Assembly: GCA_024346625.1 (NCBI GenBank)
Contig: AP024666.1
Coordinates: forward strand, 1,054,001 to 1,118,000
Direction of reading: 5' to 3'
Source of the DNA: Williopsis jadinii
Taxonomy: Eukaryota
Length of the DNA: 64,000 nucleotides
Part shown: positions 47,810 through 58,409 of the stretch, in pieces
Numbering within the stretch: the first letter of the stretch is position 1
Layout: each line of letters begins with the position of its first letter
Position numbers and translations under genes: made by a program
The notes under the pieces: model-generated
What the model was told of the DNA's origin: nothing
The model's database searches: none
What the model saw: only the letters and a program-made list of their open reading frames with translations

Positions 47810-48790
47810 TTACTCATCTAGGCCGTACAGGATACTCGAGAGCTTGCCCTTGACCTCCTCCTGTGGCCCTGTGGCGGCGGTATAGTCGACAGAGAACACA
47901 GAGACCGGTGCGTTGCACAGATGGATGGCTAAGACCTCGCCTTCGGAAGGCAAAGAGGAGTCACCGTTGTAGTAGACGTTTGCTCCCGGTGCCGTGGTGA
48001 TGGAGGGCAAGAAGGTCTGTGTGAGGTCGCTGTACTTGACTGCCAGGGCAACCGCTGTTGGGCCTGTAAGTCTGGTGAAGGTGTACTTTGGATCATCACA
48101 GCCCACAACGGATTCGAAGCCGACGAGCGGGAAGTTGACGTTGAGACCCGTGCCCAGCGGCAACAGTCTCTCGTTCTCCTTCTGATTAGCGAAGAGAGTG
48201 TCGACGAGCTCAACAATCTTCTTTGCGTAGATGTTTTGGGGATCGTTTGCAAGGGTGTTCAGAGTGTGCTTGTAGAAAGTGTTGATGGGATCAGAGCCGG
48301 AGAAAGCGACGGCCGGATAACCTCTATACACAGCGTTATAAGTTGCACCAATGGTACCTGACAAGGTGAAGAAAGTCTCTGGGTTTGTACCTTGGTTAGG
48401 GCCTGAAACGACAAGGTCGATCTCAACACCGGCAAAGTGTGTTGGCAGAAGGTAGTCAAAGGCAAAGGCAACGCAAGCAGCAGGAGTGGCATCGAAATAC
48501 CAAATGTGATCGTCAGAGTCCTCGTGTCCCCACGCTGGATCACCTTGCTTCTTATAGTTGAACTCATCGTTTGCTTCCAGTGTCTTGCCCTTGTTATACC
48601 TGAACGTACCACCGTAACCGGATCTCTGCTCAGCTGGCGCAACGAGATAGACGTTGTGGCCTGCAGCACTGAGCTCTCTATATGCGGCCCTGATACCTGT
48701 TGCCAACCAACCGTCATCGTTGGTCAGGAGGATGTTCTTAGCAGAAACAACTGAGGAGAAAGCGAGTGCAATGGCTGTGGAGAGCTTCAT
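47810..48790 (-). CDS. Secreted SurE-family 5'/3'-nucleotidase / acid phosphatase
   Basis: Signal peptide MKLSTAIALAFSSVVSA; NILLTNDDG, VAPAEQRSGYG, ATPAACV, DLVVSGPNQGTN, SGTIGA. Confidence 0.92.
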   Translation of the reverse strand: MKLSTAIALAFSSVVSAKNILLTNDDGWLATGIRAAYRELSAAGHNVYLVAPAEQRSGYGGTFRYNKGKTLEANDEFNYKKQGDPAWGHEDSDDHIWYFDATPAACVAFAFDYLLPTHFAGVEIDLVVSGPNQGTNPETFFTLSGTIGATYNAVYRGYPAVAFSGSDPINTFYKHTLNTLANDPQNIYAKKIVELVDTLFANQKENERLLPLGTGLNVNFPLVGFESVVGCDDPKYTFTRLTGPTAVALAVKYSDLTQTFLPSITTAPGANVYYNGDSSLPSEGEVLAIHLCNAPVSVFSVDYTAATGPQEEVKGKLSSILYGLDE

Positions 48791-48979
48791 GTTAAAAATT
48801 GGTTGTTGATGTTGAGCCTAGGCAGAGACACAAGGCAGCTACGGGAGTGCTCCACACTCTTTATATACACATTACGTGGTATGTCATGTTCAAGGGTTTT
48901 ATTCAGATACCCGTGGGAACGGTTTACCGAATACCACCACATCGAGTAGCACCTTGCTCTACTAACCAACCATTCCCTA

Positions 48980-48987
48980 CACGTGGG
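48980..48987. promoter_or_regulatory. Pho4-type E-box CACGTGGG upstream of the SurE phosphatase
   Basis: CACGTGGG about 190 bp upstream of the ATG; TATATAAA on the minus strand at about 48860-48867. Confidence 0.55.
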
Positions 48988-49296
48988 TCTACTCACGAGG
49001 GTAAACCCATGCCAATTGAGTAGGCGTCGGGGAAATTGTGTGTACATCATGAACGGCCGATCAGTGAAGATCAGCTGTTCCAATTATTACCAGACAGAGA
49101 CATTGTTTCTACACATAACTTCATTGCCAAAATTGATTGGCTAATTAACTATAAAAAAACCGATATAATGTACATGCAGAAATTACTCGAATCAATAGAC
49201 TCTAAGAATTGATATGCCTTTCTCACTTTTTCCGTCTTCTTCTTCTCCTCATCGAACTCCGATCTAATCATAATGCTTGACACTTAGGCATCACGT

Positions 49297-50235
49297 TTAT
49301 AACCCACTTCTCATGTATCTACCAATGACGATACAGTGGTCTCTCTCATATGGCTCCAATGTCAATTGCTCCAATGGCTTGATCTTTTCCTCACGAAGCT
49401 TTTGCACCTCACGGGCAAAGACAGTCTCAGCATCCACGGTGGAGTCGATACAGTTGGCCTTGATGGAGATGATGACACCACCTTGGTCTTTGAGGAACAA
49501 GTGGGAGTTGAGGGCAATGATACGGGCTTGATCTGGTTGGGCAACATCAGCAAAGACAGCATCAACCATGTCAACAAGCATTCTGTACTTCTGTGGGTGT
49601 CTAGCATCCTCAATGATTGGGATGACGTTTGGTCTCTTCTTAGCCATACCAATCAACTCTCTACCTGGTCTGTGAGAGAACTCGACAGCGTACACCAAAC
49701 CTTCTGGTCCAACTAAATCAGAGACATGGGAGACGGAAGTACCAGAAGCAGCACCCAAATACAACACTTTCTTACCTGGGGCTATGAAGAGTTCATCCAA
49801 ACCACCCATGATACCGGCAGCCAACTTAGATCTGAAAGGGTTCCAAACACGGTATTCAACCTTGGTTGGTGGGACACCCTCTTCCTTTGATGGTTCCTCA
49901 ACGGTGATTCTCTTCTCACCGTAGACAGACTCACCTGGAGCAATGTTCTTCGTCACAAGCAAATCCTCCTTACCTCTGGCAATGAAGACACCGGCGTGTC
50001 TGTGTGGCTCAATGACAACCTTGGCACCACCTTTAGCACCACCACGAGCACCACCACGGCCACCACGGGCACCACCTCTTCCTCCTCTAGCACCACCACG
50101 GGCACCACCTCTGGCACCACCACGGCCACCACGAGCACCACCGAAACCACCTCTGGCACCACCACGGCCACCACGGCCACCGAAGCCACCTCTGGCACCG
50201 CCTCTGCCACCTCTACCACCTGGAGTGAAAGCCAT
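49297..50235 (-). CDS. NOP1: Fibrillarin (rRNA 2'-O-methyltransferase)
   Basis: GAR/RGG N-terminus; [53 protein letters not shown]. Confidence 0.98.
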   Translation of the reverse strand: MAFTPGGRGGRGGARGGFGGRGGRGGARGGFGGARGGRGGARGGARGGARGGRGGARGGRGGARGGAKGGAKVVIEPHRHAGVFIARGKEDLLVTKNIAPGESVYGEKRITVEEPSKEEGVPPTKVEYRVWNPFRSKLAAGIMGGLDELFIAPGKKVLYLGAASGTSVSHVSDLVGPEGLVYAVEFSHRPGRELIGMAKKRPNVIPIIEDARHPQKYRMLVDMVDAVFADVAQPDQARIIALNSHLFLKDQGGVIISIKANCIDSTVDAETVFAREVQKLREEKIKPLEQLTLEPYERDHCIVIGRYMRSGL

Positions 50236-50340
50236 TATTGATTGTGTATGTGTAAAAGTCTTAAAAGTTAGAGCTAATGGGAAAAATTACCAGACTCTTC
50301 AATGAAGTTCGATTATGGCTTGGATTTGGTACTTTTCACA

Positions 50341-50498
50341 GAAATTTTTCATTAAAAGATGCCTTCAGAAAATTTTTTTTCCCTCTTCAGAGATGGTCGG
50401 AAATCGCTTTGTAAGTGCTCTGTTGTACGGTGTGTGGTCCATACCATAAGCTCACCGCAGAAATCCGAGGGCAGCTGGGGTTACCCGGTGAGATGAGC
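50341..50498. promoter_or_regulatory. Ribosome-biogenesis promoter motifs of NOP1 (RRPE, Reb1, PAC)
   Basis: TGAAAAATTTC on the minus strand (50341-50351), a second AAAATTTT at about 50369, TTACCCG (50481-50487) and GAGATGAGC (50490-50498). Confidence 0.7.
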
Positions 50499-50838
50499 TT
50501 CGATGGCCTGGTCTGCATAATCCGAGGCCAGTCACGTGAGACGGGTACCCTCGGAGATCACTGTTTCCTGTTTTGGCAGGTGGAGCAAAGCGAGTGGCCA
50601 CAAAGTTCTCCTCTTTCGGGAATCGGTAAAATGCGCAGCTGCCAACGGCGTAACTGGTGTGTTTTATCGTGCGAGGGTTATCGCACAGATGGCAAGTTGG
50701 AGTTTGTTGAGTGGGTTTCCAGTATATAAAATGATCTCTTTACGCACCCATTGATCCTTCATCCTCTCCAATTGTGACACAGTGTCGATTGTGCTATCCC
50801 GTTGCCTTCCATCAAGCTCACTTTGCTCTGCTGTTAAT

Positions 50839-51738
50839 ATGGCACAATCGCTGAATAAGAGATACCTCAACTCGCTGCACAAGAACCCGCTCTTGACCAA
50901 ATGTGTGACTGCTGCAGTTCTTGCGGTGTTGAACGAATTGATTGCCAGTGGTGTTGCCAGGGAGTTCAAAGTGTCAACTGTCTTGAACGTTAAGGTTAAA
51001 CATACGCTTTCTTGGAAGTTGCCAATCTTTGCGCTGTTTTCCGCCGGTGTTGGTGCGCCAATCACACATTATGGCTACCAATGGTTGAATGCTTTGTTCA
51101 AAGGTCCTTTGACTTTGAGACAGAAGATCATCCAGATTGTTTTGTCAATGGCGACGCTGACGCCGTTGATGAGCACGCTGTTTGTTGCCTTTGTCTCTCT
51201 TGTTAACATGACGCCGAAGTTGCAACTGTTGGCGCTTGGTAAAGGCGACGAACTTGAAAGGGCGTGGACCACCGTAAAGAGCGCTTGGAAGAAATCTTTG
51301 CTTAGCGTTCTGAAGTCTTCATGGATCACCGGCCCAGTTGTCATTGCCATTTGTCAAAGGTTCCTGGAGCCTGAGCTCTGGGTTGGATTCAACCAGCTTT
51401 GTTATTTTGTCCTGGGGACTGGACAGAACACCATGTTGAAGCTGAGAACAAAGAAGCAGCAGGAATACCTCAAAAAGAAGGAAGAGCTTAAAGATGAAGT
51501 TGAGAAATTGGCTGAAGATACCGACAGTAACGGTGGTGATGTTATGAAGGCTTCAACAACCTCAGCGGTTGAAGTTCACGAACTTGATGTAAAGGGGGAA
51601 AGTAACAGAGCAGATGAAGAGAGCATTGATGAAGGTGGAGAAGTCCTAGAGACTGCAATTGCTTCCGAGGTTGACGCTCAGGACGACAGCATTTCTGCTG
51701 AAGATGTTGATTCAACAGAGGAAGGTGTGAGTGTGTAG
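50839..51738 (+). CDS. Mpv17/PMP22 (PXMP2-like) membrane protein with an acidic C-terminal tail
   Basis: YLNSLHKNPLLTKCVTAAVLAVLNELIAS, GAPITHYGYQWLN, VLKSSWITGP, FLEPELWVGF. First ATG at 50839. Confidence 0.85.
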   Translation: MAQSLNKRYLNSLHKNPLLTKCVTAAVLAVLNELIASGVAREFKVSTVLNVKVKHTLSWKLPIFALFSAGVGAPITHYGYQWLNALFKGPLTLRQKIIQIVLSMATLTPLMSTLFVAFVSLVNMTPKLQLLALGKGDELERAWTTVKSAWKKSLLSVLKSSWITGPVVIAICQRFLEPELWVGFNQLCYFVLGTGQNTMLKLRTKKQQEYLKKKEELKDEVEKLAEDTDSNGGDVMKASTTSAVEVHELDVKGESNRADEESIDEGGEVLETAIASEVDAQDDSISAEDVDSTEEGVSV

Positions 51739-52443
51739 ATCATGTATTCGTGGCGTATCAATACATCCTTTGAAAAGTAACTCTTTCATTGCATACAACA
51801 GCTACGGTTGGATCGAACCCTTGTAACATAGGATGTATTGAATTGTTTTGTAAGTGAATAGGATAACTCCATCACGAAGCCGCGGCACACAGATATACAT
51901 AGATGTATATACAAGCGTACGTACAACCATCAGCGTAACACTGCAGTTGGACTATGGCAGGAGAAGCACACATTAGCAGATCAACAATGGTTGTTTGTCA
52001 CTCACACAGGCCTACACACCTCGGCTTACACATTCAGCGACGTCTCCTTCAGCAGTGTTTAGCTGCGGGCTCATTACCAAAGTGGTAACCTCCGCATGGC
52101 TCCAATGTCCGCACTTTGAGCGGAGTCTCTCACCACTTCCAAAAGGACAACGGACTGTTTACAACGAAGACAGAGGGCTTTTCCTGTATAAAAACTCAGG
52201 GGTTTCCCCGTATTCGGAGTGAGGAATTTGAGCTCTGCGTACACCTTTCTTTTGTGCTGTTGTTCCTGTGCTGTTTGAAGCAATCCGTCACTTTCCGACT
52301 GGCATTGAAGAACCTCGCTTCAACCCTTACAAGAGGTCCAAAGATTTGTTCCTAGGTTGACCGGTATCTGTCTCAGAAACACACCAGGTATAACTAAGAG
52401 CTCTGACCATAGCTGGAGCTGGATTAGATCAATAGAATTGACA

Positions 52444-52803
52444 ATGACTTTTGGAACAGAGGCCGGCCTTGTGACTGAGATATCGAATCTTGAGGAGTTC
52501 CAACATGCACTGAGGTCTAGTCGGGTTGTGGTGCTTGATTTCTACTCAACTCGTTGCGGACCATGTGATGTTGTTGCCCCCTTATATAGATCAGTAGCGA
52601 GTCGTTTCACAGGAGCACGCTTTTACCAGATCAATGGGTTAACAGAGCCTGGGTTGGAAGTTCAAAAGAGCATCGATGTTGTGTGGTGGCCAACGTTTGT
52701 GATATATGTCAATGGTGAGGAAGTGTGGAGGGCTAAGATCCCAAACCCACCACAGGAGTATCCAACTGCGGAGCTCGAATCACAGCTTGCTGGCCTGTTT
52801 TGA
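52444..52803 (+). CDS. Thioredoxin-like protein (119 aa) with an RCGPC active site
   Basis: VVVLDFYSTRCGPCDVVAPLY...WWPTFVIYVNGEEV fits the thioredoxin fold. ATG at 52444. Confidence 0.85.
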   Translation: MTFGTEAGLVTEISNLEEFQHALRSSRVVVLDFYSTRCGPCDVVAPLYRSVASRFTGARFYQINGLTEPGLEVQKSIDVVWWPTFVIYVNGEEVWRAKIPNPPQEYPTAELESQLAGLF

Positions 52804-54610
52804 AAACGAGGCTCCTTTTGAAGGATCTACCGATCCACTACAAAGAGGCTTATATATGTATCAGAGTGTCCAGCGAGTTGCCAATCAAGCTTGCACACAC
52901 TCATCTCCCCTAAGGTTCAACTTCCCAGGCATAGCTGTAGTCACAGCGTGTGGCTTCCAGCGTTACTTTAGCACGGTTCCTCAAACACTGGGTGATGAGT
53001 GTTGCAATCATTTAACCATATGCACACTTGTTGTCAGTTGTTCTGAGTATTATGCAGATCGACAACAGCCTTGCAACATATAGTGAAAGTTACACACACT
53101 TCCGGAATTTCTAGCCAATAGCTCTGTTTAATATGGTTGAAAACAGCCATTTGAAGACTTAAGAAAGTTTGATGCACATTCCGAGCCATATCGTGGAGAT
53201 CAATATATGCTGTAAACTTCCGTGCTTATTGGCGTTCTAGCCAATGATAGGCGAGCTGTTGTTGATCCCAGTCGCCTGATACATAATAGGCACATACGCA
53301 CATGACCGATGAGCCTTTTAAGCATCTGTACATACTCTGAGCTGCCTAACACCCTCTTTTGGCAGATCAACTGTACACCACTACGAACTCATTTTATTCC
53401 CTTAACGATAGACGGGTAATTCAAGCGGCGCACCACACCCCACCACAGGAGAGGATACCGCAACCAGAACAACTAGTGGAACGCATACCGTGTAATAATG
53501 CTGATGGGACTGACGTGTCAGATCGTATGCTTCATCTACAGACAAACATCGCTCTTCTTCGCTCTTCGTGCCCATGACCTGATATTTCTCCGATGATGGG
53601 TTTATACATCGGAGCTGTTCATCGCACAGCTCAACGCCTTGCCAGTTAATTAGTGGCTTCAGATGCACGGTATGATCGTCGTGGAGGGTTTGAGGGTGAA
53701 GCCACTGGGCAACGTCCGACTCTCCGAGCGATCAAGCTTCTTCCTCCCAAAAGAAATGACACTTAACAGCATATGTTACTCTTACCAACAAGTCTTGGAA
53801 GATAGCCATGCTGACAAGTTTGACAGTAGGTCCTAATCAGATAACCTTGCGTAAGAATATTATTACGCAAGTCTCCTCACCTGAAAAGACGTGGACGGAT
53901 GTGCCAATGGAGACACACACACACACACGCACAACTGGGATATGCTCTGGTTGCACGGATAATATTCCATTGCCGGTTCTTAAAACAGAGGCTTCCCAAG
54001 CCCAGAATGCATCCTCCATGCGTTCCATAGGGGCAGTTCCCAACATTTTCCGCCGGCTTTTTCCACACGGCTACCGAGATGTGAACAGCGCCAATGCTCT
54101 TAGAGAGAGAGGCACCTTATACCGAGTCGGTTTTAGCAGCGCGCGCCGGCGATGTGACCTGAGCGAGGCCGCAGTTAGCACAGGTATTTCTAAGGTTCAC
54201 ACGTATATCCGTAAACCATAAGGCACAATTCAAGCCTGATAAGATAACTATACCCATGTTCTGTAGGACCAATTGTAATGGCGTAGTCTGTTTGTTAGGT
54301 CAGGAGGAGGAAAAAGGAAAAACACAAATTTGGACGATTGAAGCTGCGTGTTCTAAGTCATGTACGCTTCACCGCTTAAAACCCATACTGGAGGACCTTT
54401 CCCAGTTGAAATTACATCGAGTCGACAGAGTTTGAACGGCCCTACGGTACACCGCAAACAAAGTTCGAGCCTCCACCCAGGGCAGGCAGGCAGACAATTT
54501 GCGCCTCTAAGGGTTGTCGAGTTTTATTCCACCTGCTTCTAGCGGACTAGGCTTCCATTGAGCCTTGAAATCTTTAGACTGTCTAGGGTTCTGTTTCCTT
54601 CCTGTGTGCA

Positions 54611-54611
<1 letters not shown>

Positions 54612-54640
<29 letters not shown>
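54612..54640. repeat. (CT)n microsatellite upstream of the Zn2Cys6 gene ATG
   Basis: ctttctctctctctctctctctctctctc. Confidence 0.9.
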
Positions 54641-54645
<5 letters not shown>

Positions 54646-54737
54646 GTTCCTCAGTTCGTAGAAGTACACGGCTTTGGTTCACGTTGAAGAGATCCCGACT
54701 TAGTAGAGGATTCCCCAAGCTTCCCCAGACAAGAGCG

Positions 54738-57590
54738 ATGGCATCGAACATCGCTGGACAGTTTAGACCCTCTGGCAAGAAGTCGCATGCCTGTGGTCCT
54801 TGTCGAAGATTGAAGAGGAAGTGTGATTTACAAATCCCCTGCTCGACGTGTAAGACAGGACGTAACACACGAATTGGCGAGTGTTTGGCTAACCCAGCAA
54901 CACCTCTCAACAATGCTCAAGAACGGACTGCTCCAAACACAAGTTTTGGAAGGCTTCATGTCCCTCCACAGGACTCTGTCCCAAGCAATGCCCTTCCACA
55001 AGCACCACCACCACAGAAGCTACCGAAGTTGGACGAGCGGCCTTTCCCACCGTTTGAGAGGGCCCAGAGTACCAGTGAGATACACCACCAGGGTATAAAC
55101 GAGCCTTTAATGCCATACACTGGCCAATACGTTGGTTATATGCACAACTCGCACGGCCAACCGTGGAGCCCAGTGAACCATAACGAGCATGTCCGTACTC
55201 ATCAACAAAACTATCAGCATCAACTCCATCAGCGGCAACAGTTCCAGCCACCCTTACAGAGACAGGTATCACAACCATTTCCCCATATGAGACATAGCTT
55301 CGACGCTTCGAACGCTCCACAGACGGTTCCCATACCTATTTCTCAGACGAATATCAACACATCTCCGCGGCAAGGCTATAATGCTTCTTCAAACAAGCAA
55401 GTGAACGTACCGGATTCTCTGAATACAGACCATCTCTCACCATCCAGTACAGCATCCACATCTATACCATCTTCAACAGCGGCGCCAGATCCGGCTAACA
55501 ACCAACCCCAGGCTCATATTGATTGGCAAAACAAAAGGTTGAAAGCTTTGGAGGTGAAGAATGCACAACAGAGGAAAGAGATTGCATTACTAACATCAAG
55601 ATTGAAACTCGATCCAACAACTAATGCCCAGATACCGACGCCACCTAATAATGAGCAAAGAAGAAACTCGGCCAGTAATGACTTCAAGAAGAAGTATGTT
55701 AAACTCCTACCATCAAAGACCCAGACCAATTTCCTCGTGGAATTCTACCTCCAAAACATTGACTACATCTATCATCCAATCCACCATCCAAGCTTTAAGA
55801 AATCATTGGAAAGCTTTTGGAGTAGGAAAGATGATGTTGACATTGGATGGCTAGCAACTCTACTAATGGTTTTGGGACTTGCAGCCATTCACCTGCCCAA
55901 GGGCTTAATCAATATCTCATCAGAAGAGATTGCAACCTCTCATCAAACTTGGTTTGATGCATCACGGGAATGTATTCAATATGCTGATGCACTACGCAGT
56001 TCACCTTCCGAGTTTAACTTGTATATGCTAGAGTGGTTTTCGTTGTGTCAATTATACTTTTACGCTACAAAAAGATCAGAACAGTTGAATGATTTCTTGA
56101 ATGCTGCAATCAAACATGCGCTGGATATGGGGTTGGACAACGATGACAAGGATAACCCAAACATTCTTCAAGTTGAAATGAAACGTCGACTATGGTGGGA
56201 CATATGTGGCTGTGATACTTATAGAGCACTATCTCTAGGCAAAAAACCCTTGATTAAGTCATATAAATCAACAGTACCATTTCCTTCAAATGCCAATGAT
56301 GAAGATATTGACGAAGATGCCATAAGAATATTATCAATGAAACATCCGACTGATAACTCTTTCAACATTTATCGTGCATTGATGATGAAAATAATGAATG
56401 GTATCTTTGAGAGGAAACATCAGGTCAGTTCTAAAGATATGCACAATTTGGAATTGATCAACGATGAAATATTCAGGGGATTGCTGGAAGTTGATATCGA
56501 GCTATGTCAGACCAACAAATCGTGGTTTTTTGAACTCGATAAAGATGGCACATTGCCATACACTCTTGGCTCGAGAATCCATTTTCAACATCACATGCTG
56601 CATACCTGTATTTGCATCCATCGATTCAGAATTTATCAAAATTACCTCCAGGATGGCATATACGCTGCATCTGAAGTTGCAAGAACGACAGCATGTTCAT
56701 TGTTTACAGTTTACAGAAAGCTTCGGATGGTGTACGATTTACGAAACCCACTATTTTTACCTCAGATTCATCAGAGTTTTACAGGATCTGTGATCCAATC
56801 TATGATGCTGCTGGTTTGCAGAGAACTATCCAGAGTCGAGCAAGCTTCTCTTTATTCAGATATTGATTTAATGTTGAGTGATCTCAAGATATTGAGTGAT
56901 GATGTGTTTATCTTGAAGCCTGAGATACTAAAGGAAAGCTTCAAGGTCCTAGAGGCGTTGAAGAAAAGCATAAATGAAAATCTAGTTGAGTTAGAGAATG
57001 ATCAGAAAGACATTGTTTCCAATGTGTTTGGAGGGAAAGTCATTACAGAGTCTTATTTGAAGAAATGTACCGTTTCCTTTATTGTTGACCAAAATGACAA
57101 GAACAATTCCCACTCAGAGACAGATGAGGAACAACAAACTCGTGAAAGTTACAACTCCCGTAACCAGATTGGTGTCTTGATTGATGAAACAGTGCTTGAA
57201 AAGTCATTACCAAGGTTTAAAACACTAGAGTCCGAGAAATCAGGAGGAATCAAACCTCCGTCAACGCATAGAAGAAAGAAAGTGATACTTCCACCGCCAA
57301 CAGGGAATACCCCTATCATCATCTCGGAGTTTGAAGACAGTCACAAGCCATCCACTGTTGAGAATGTTGGTGTTTCCAACAGTTCTGACAGAAGGCAGCA
57401 AGACCATGAAAAGCAGGCAATCAATGGGAATTATACAACATATAATCCGCCTGAGGCAGACGCTACAACCAGGCGAGAGACCACACCTCTGAACCTTCTG
57501 GAAGGGTTTTGGAATGAAATTGGCGAGGAAGGTATCGACGAATTGAACAACTTATACTACAATGAGTTCTCAGGATACAAAGTGTTGTGA
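54738..57590 (+). CDS. Zn(II)2Cys6 fungal transcription factor with a middle-homology (Fungal_trans) domain
   Basis: First ATG at 54738; ACGPCRRLKRKCDLQIPCSTCKTGRNTRIGEC; LLPSKTQTNFLVEFY..IYHPIHHPSF; ALDMGL..EMKRRLWWDICGCD. Confidence 0.93.
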   Translation: MASNIAGQFRPSGKKSHACGPCRRLKRKCDLQIPCSTCKTGRNTRIGECLANPATPLNNAQERTAPNTSFGRLHVPPQDSVPSNALPQAPPPQKLPKLDERPFPPFERAQSTSEIHHQGINEPLMPYTGQYVGYMHNSHGQPWSPVNHNEHVRTHQQNYQHQLHQRQQFQPPLQRQVSQPFPHMRHSFDASNAPQTVPIPISQTNINTSPRQGYNASSNKQVNVPDSLNTDHLSPSSTASTSIPSSTAAPDPANNQPQAHIDWQNKRLKALEVKNAQQRKEIALLTSRLKLDPTTNAQIPTPPNNEQRRNSASNDFKKKYVKLLPSKTQTNFLVEFYLQNIDYIYHPIHHPSFKKSLESFWSRKDDVDIGWLATLLMVLGLAAIHLPKGLINISSEEIATSHQTWFDASRECIQYADALRSSPSEFNLYMLEWFSLCQLYFYATKRSEQLNDFLNAAIKHALDMGLDNDDKDNPNILQVEMKRRLWWDICGCDTYRALSLGKKPLIKSYKSTVPFPSNANDEDIDEDAIRILSMKHPTDNSFNIYRALMMKIMNGIFERKHQVSSKDMHNLELINDEIFRGLLEVDIELCQTNKSWFFELDKDGTLPYTLGSRIHFQHHMLHTCICIHRFRIYQNYLQDGIYAASEVARTTACSLFTVYRKLRMVYDLRNPLFLPQIHQSFTGSVIQSMMLLVCRELSRVEQASLYSDIDLMLSDLKILSDDVFILKPEILKESFKVLEALKKSINENLVELENDQKDIVSNVFGGKVITESYLKKCTVSFIVDQNDKNNSHSETDEEQQTRESYNSRNQIGVLIDETVLEKSLPRFKTLESEKSGGIKPPSTHRRKKVILPPPTGNTPIIISEFEDSHKPSTVENVGVSNSSDRRQQDHEKQAINGNYTTYNPPEADATTRRETTPLNLLEGFWNEIGEEGIDELNNLYYNEFSGYKVL

Positions 57591-58409
57591 AGCAACTCGC
57601 GTATAGCAAAGACACATCATATCTGTGCATTCAGACATACGGGCCCTGTGCACTATTATTTCGTCACATGCTGATTCTTGTAGACTGGGCGTGTTGCACG
57701 CTTCGCCATAAAAGTTTTGCGTTTGACCAAAGCTGTGACGACACTCTCTAAGCTCAGCCGGGTGCTGGCGGTGATTCCCAGCTGAAGTGGCAGCTGTTTC
57801 AACCTTTCAAACCTTTCCAGTGACTCCAGTGCTTCCAGTGACTCCAGTTGTCTTAGTTATCTCGCTATGGTCCACTTCTCTGCTTTGCAGCCTTGTGCAT
57901 GAACAGCCCAAACCTTCAAACGCCCCTACACTAAGCTTTATGCCTTTTCACATCCGTGCAAAACGACATCTCCCAGCTGACGGTGCTTCAACACCTGAAG
58001 CCCTGGAAGTGCATGATTGCTGTCCCGAGATCTATCACGAATCGTCCTTAGCACAATGACCCCATCTCCCAACTCGAAAGCCCAGCAAGCTCGCTGCAAG
58101 GAGCAACACGTTTGGGCCCATGCAACAGGCAGAGAGGACGAACAGGCCAGTGTGGTATCGGCGTTTTCCTCTTTTGGTGGGAAGATGGCGGTGGAGGGTT
58201 TTAGGACCGGCCAGCGCCACTTTGCATAGGTGTGCGTATCTGCGGCCCGGGTTTATGGGCCAGCAACGAAGCTTAACTATAATCCTCACCAGAATCAACA
58301 GCTTGCTCCACTGTGAGAGATGCTTTTAAAGGGGTGGTGAGGGTGTAGAGGCTGGTGTCGGTGAAGTACATTGACACGAGTGCCGTTGTAGGAGAAGAGT
58401 TACATAGCG

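Noticed and set aside
49943..50305. Pro/Thr-rich plus-strand ORFs over NOP1, and antisense ORFs over COX5, RPL25, SEC21 and NUCM
   Set aside because: These are antisense shadows of codon-biased or low-complexity real genes.
51790..51870. tRNA gene suggested by GGGTTCGATCC
   Set aside because: No acceptor stem, D arm or anticodon arm can be folded around it.
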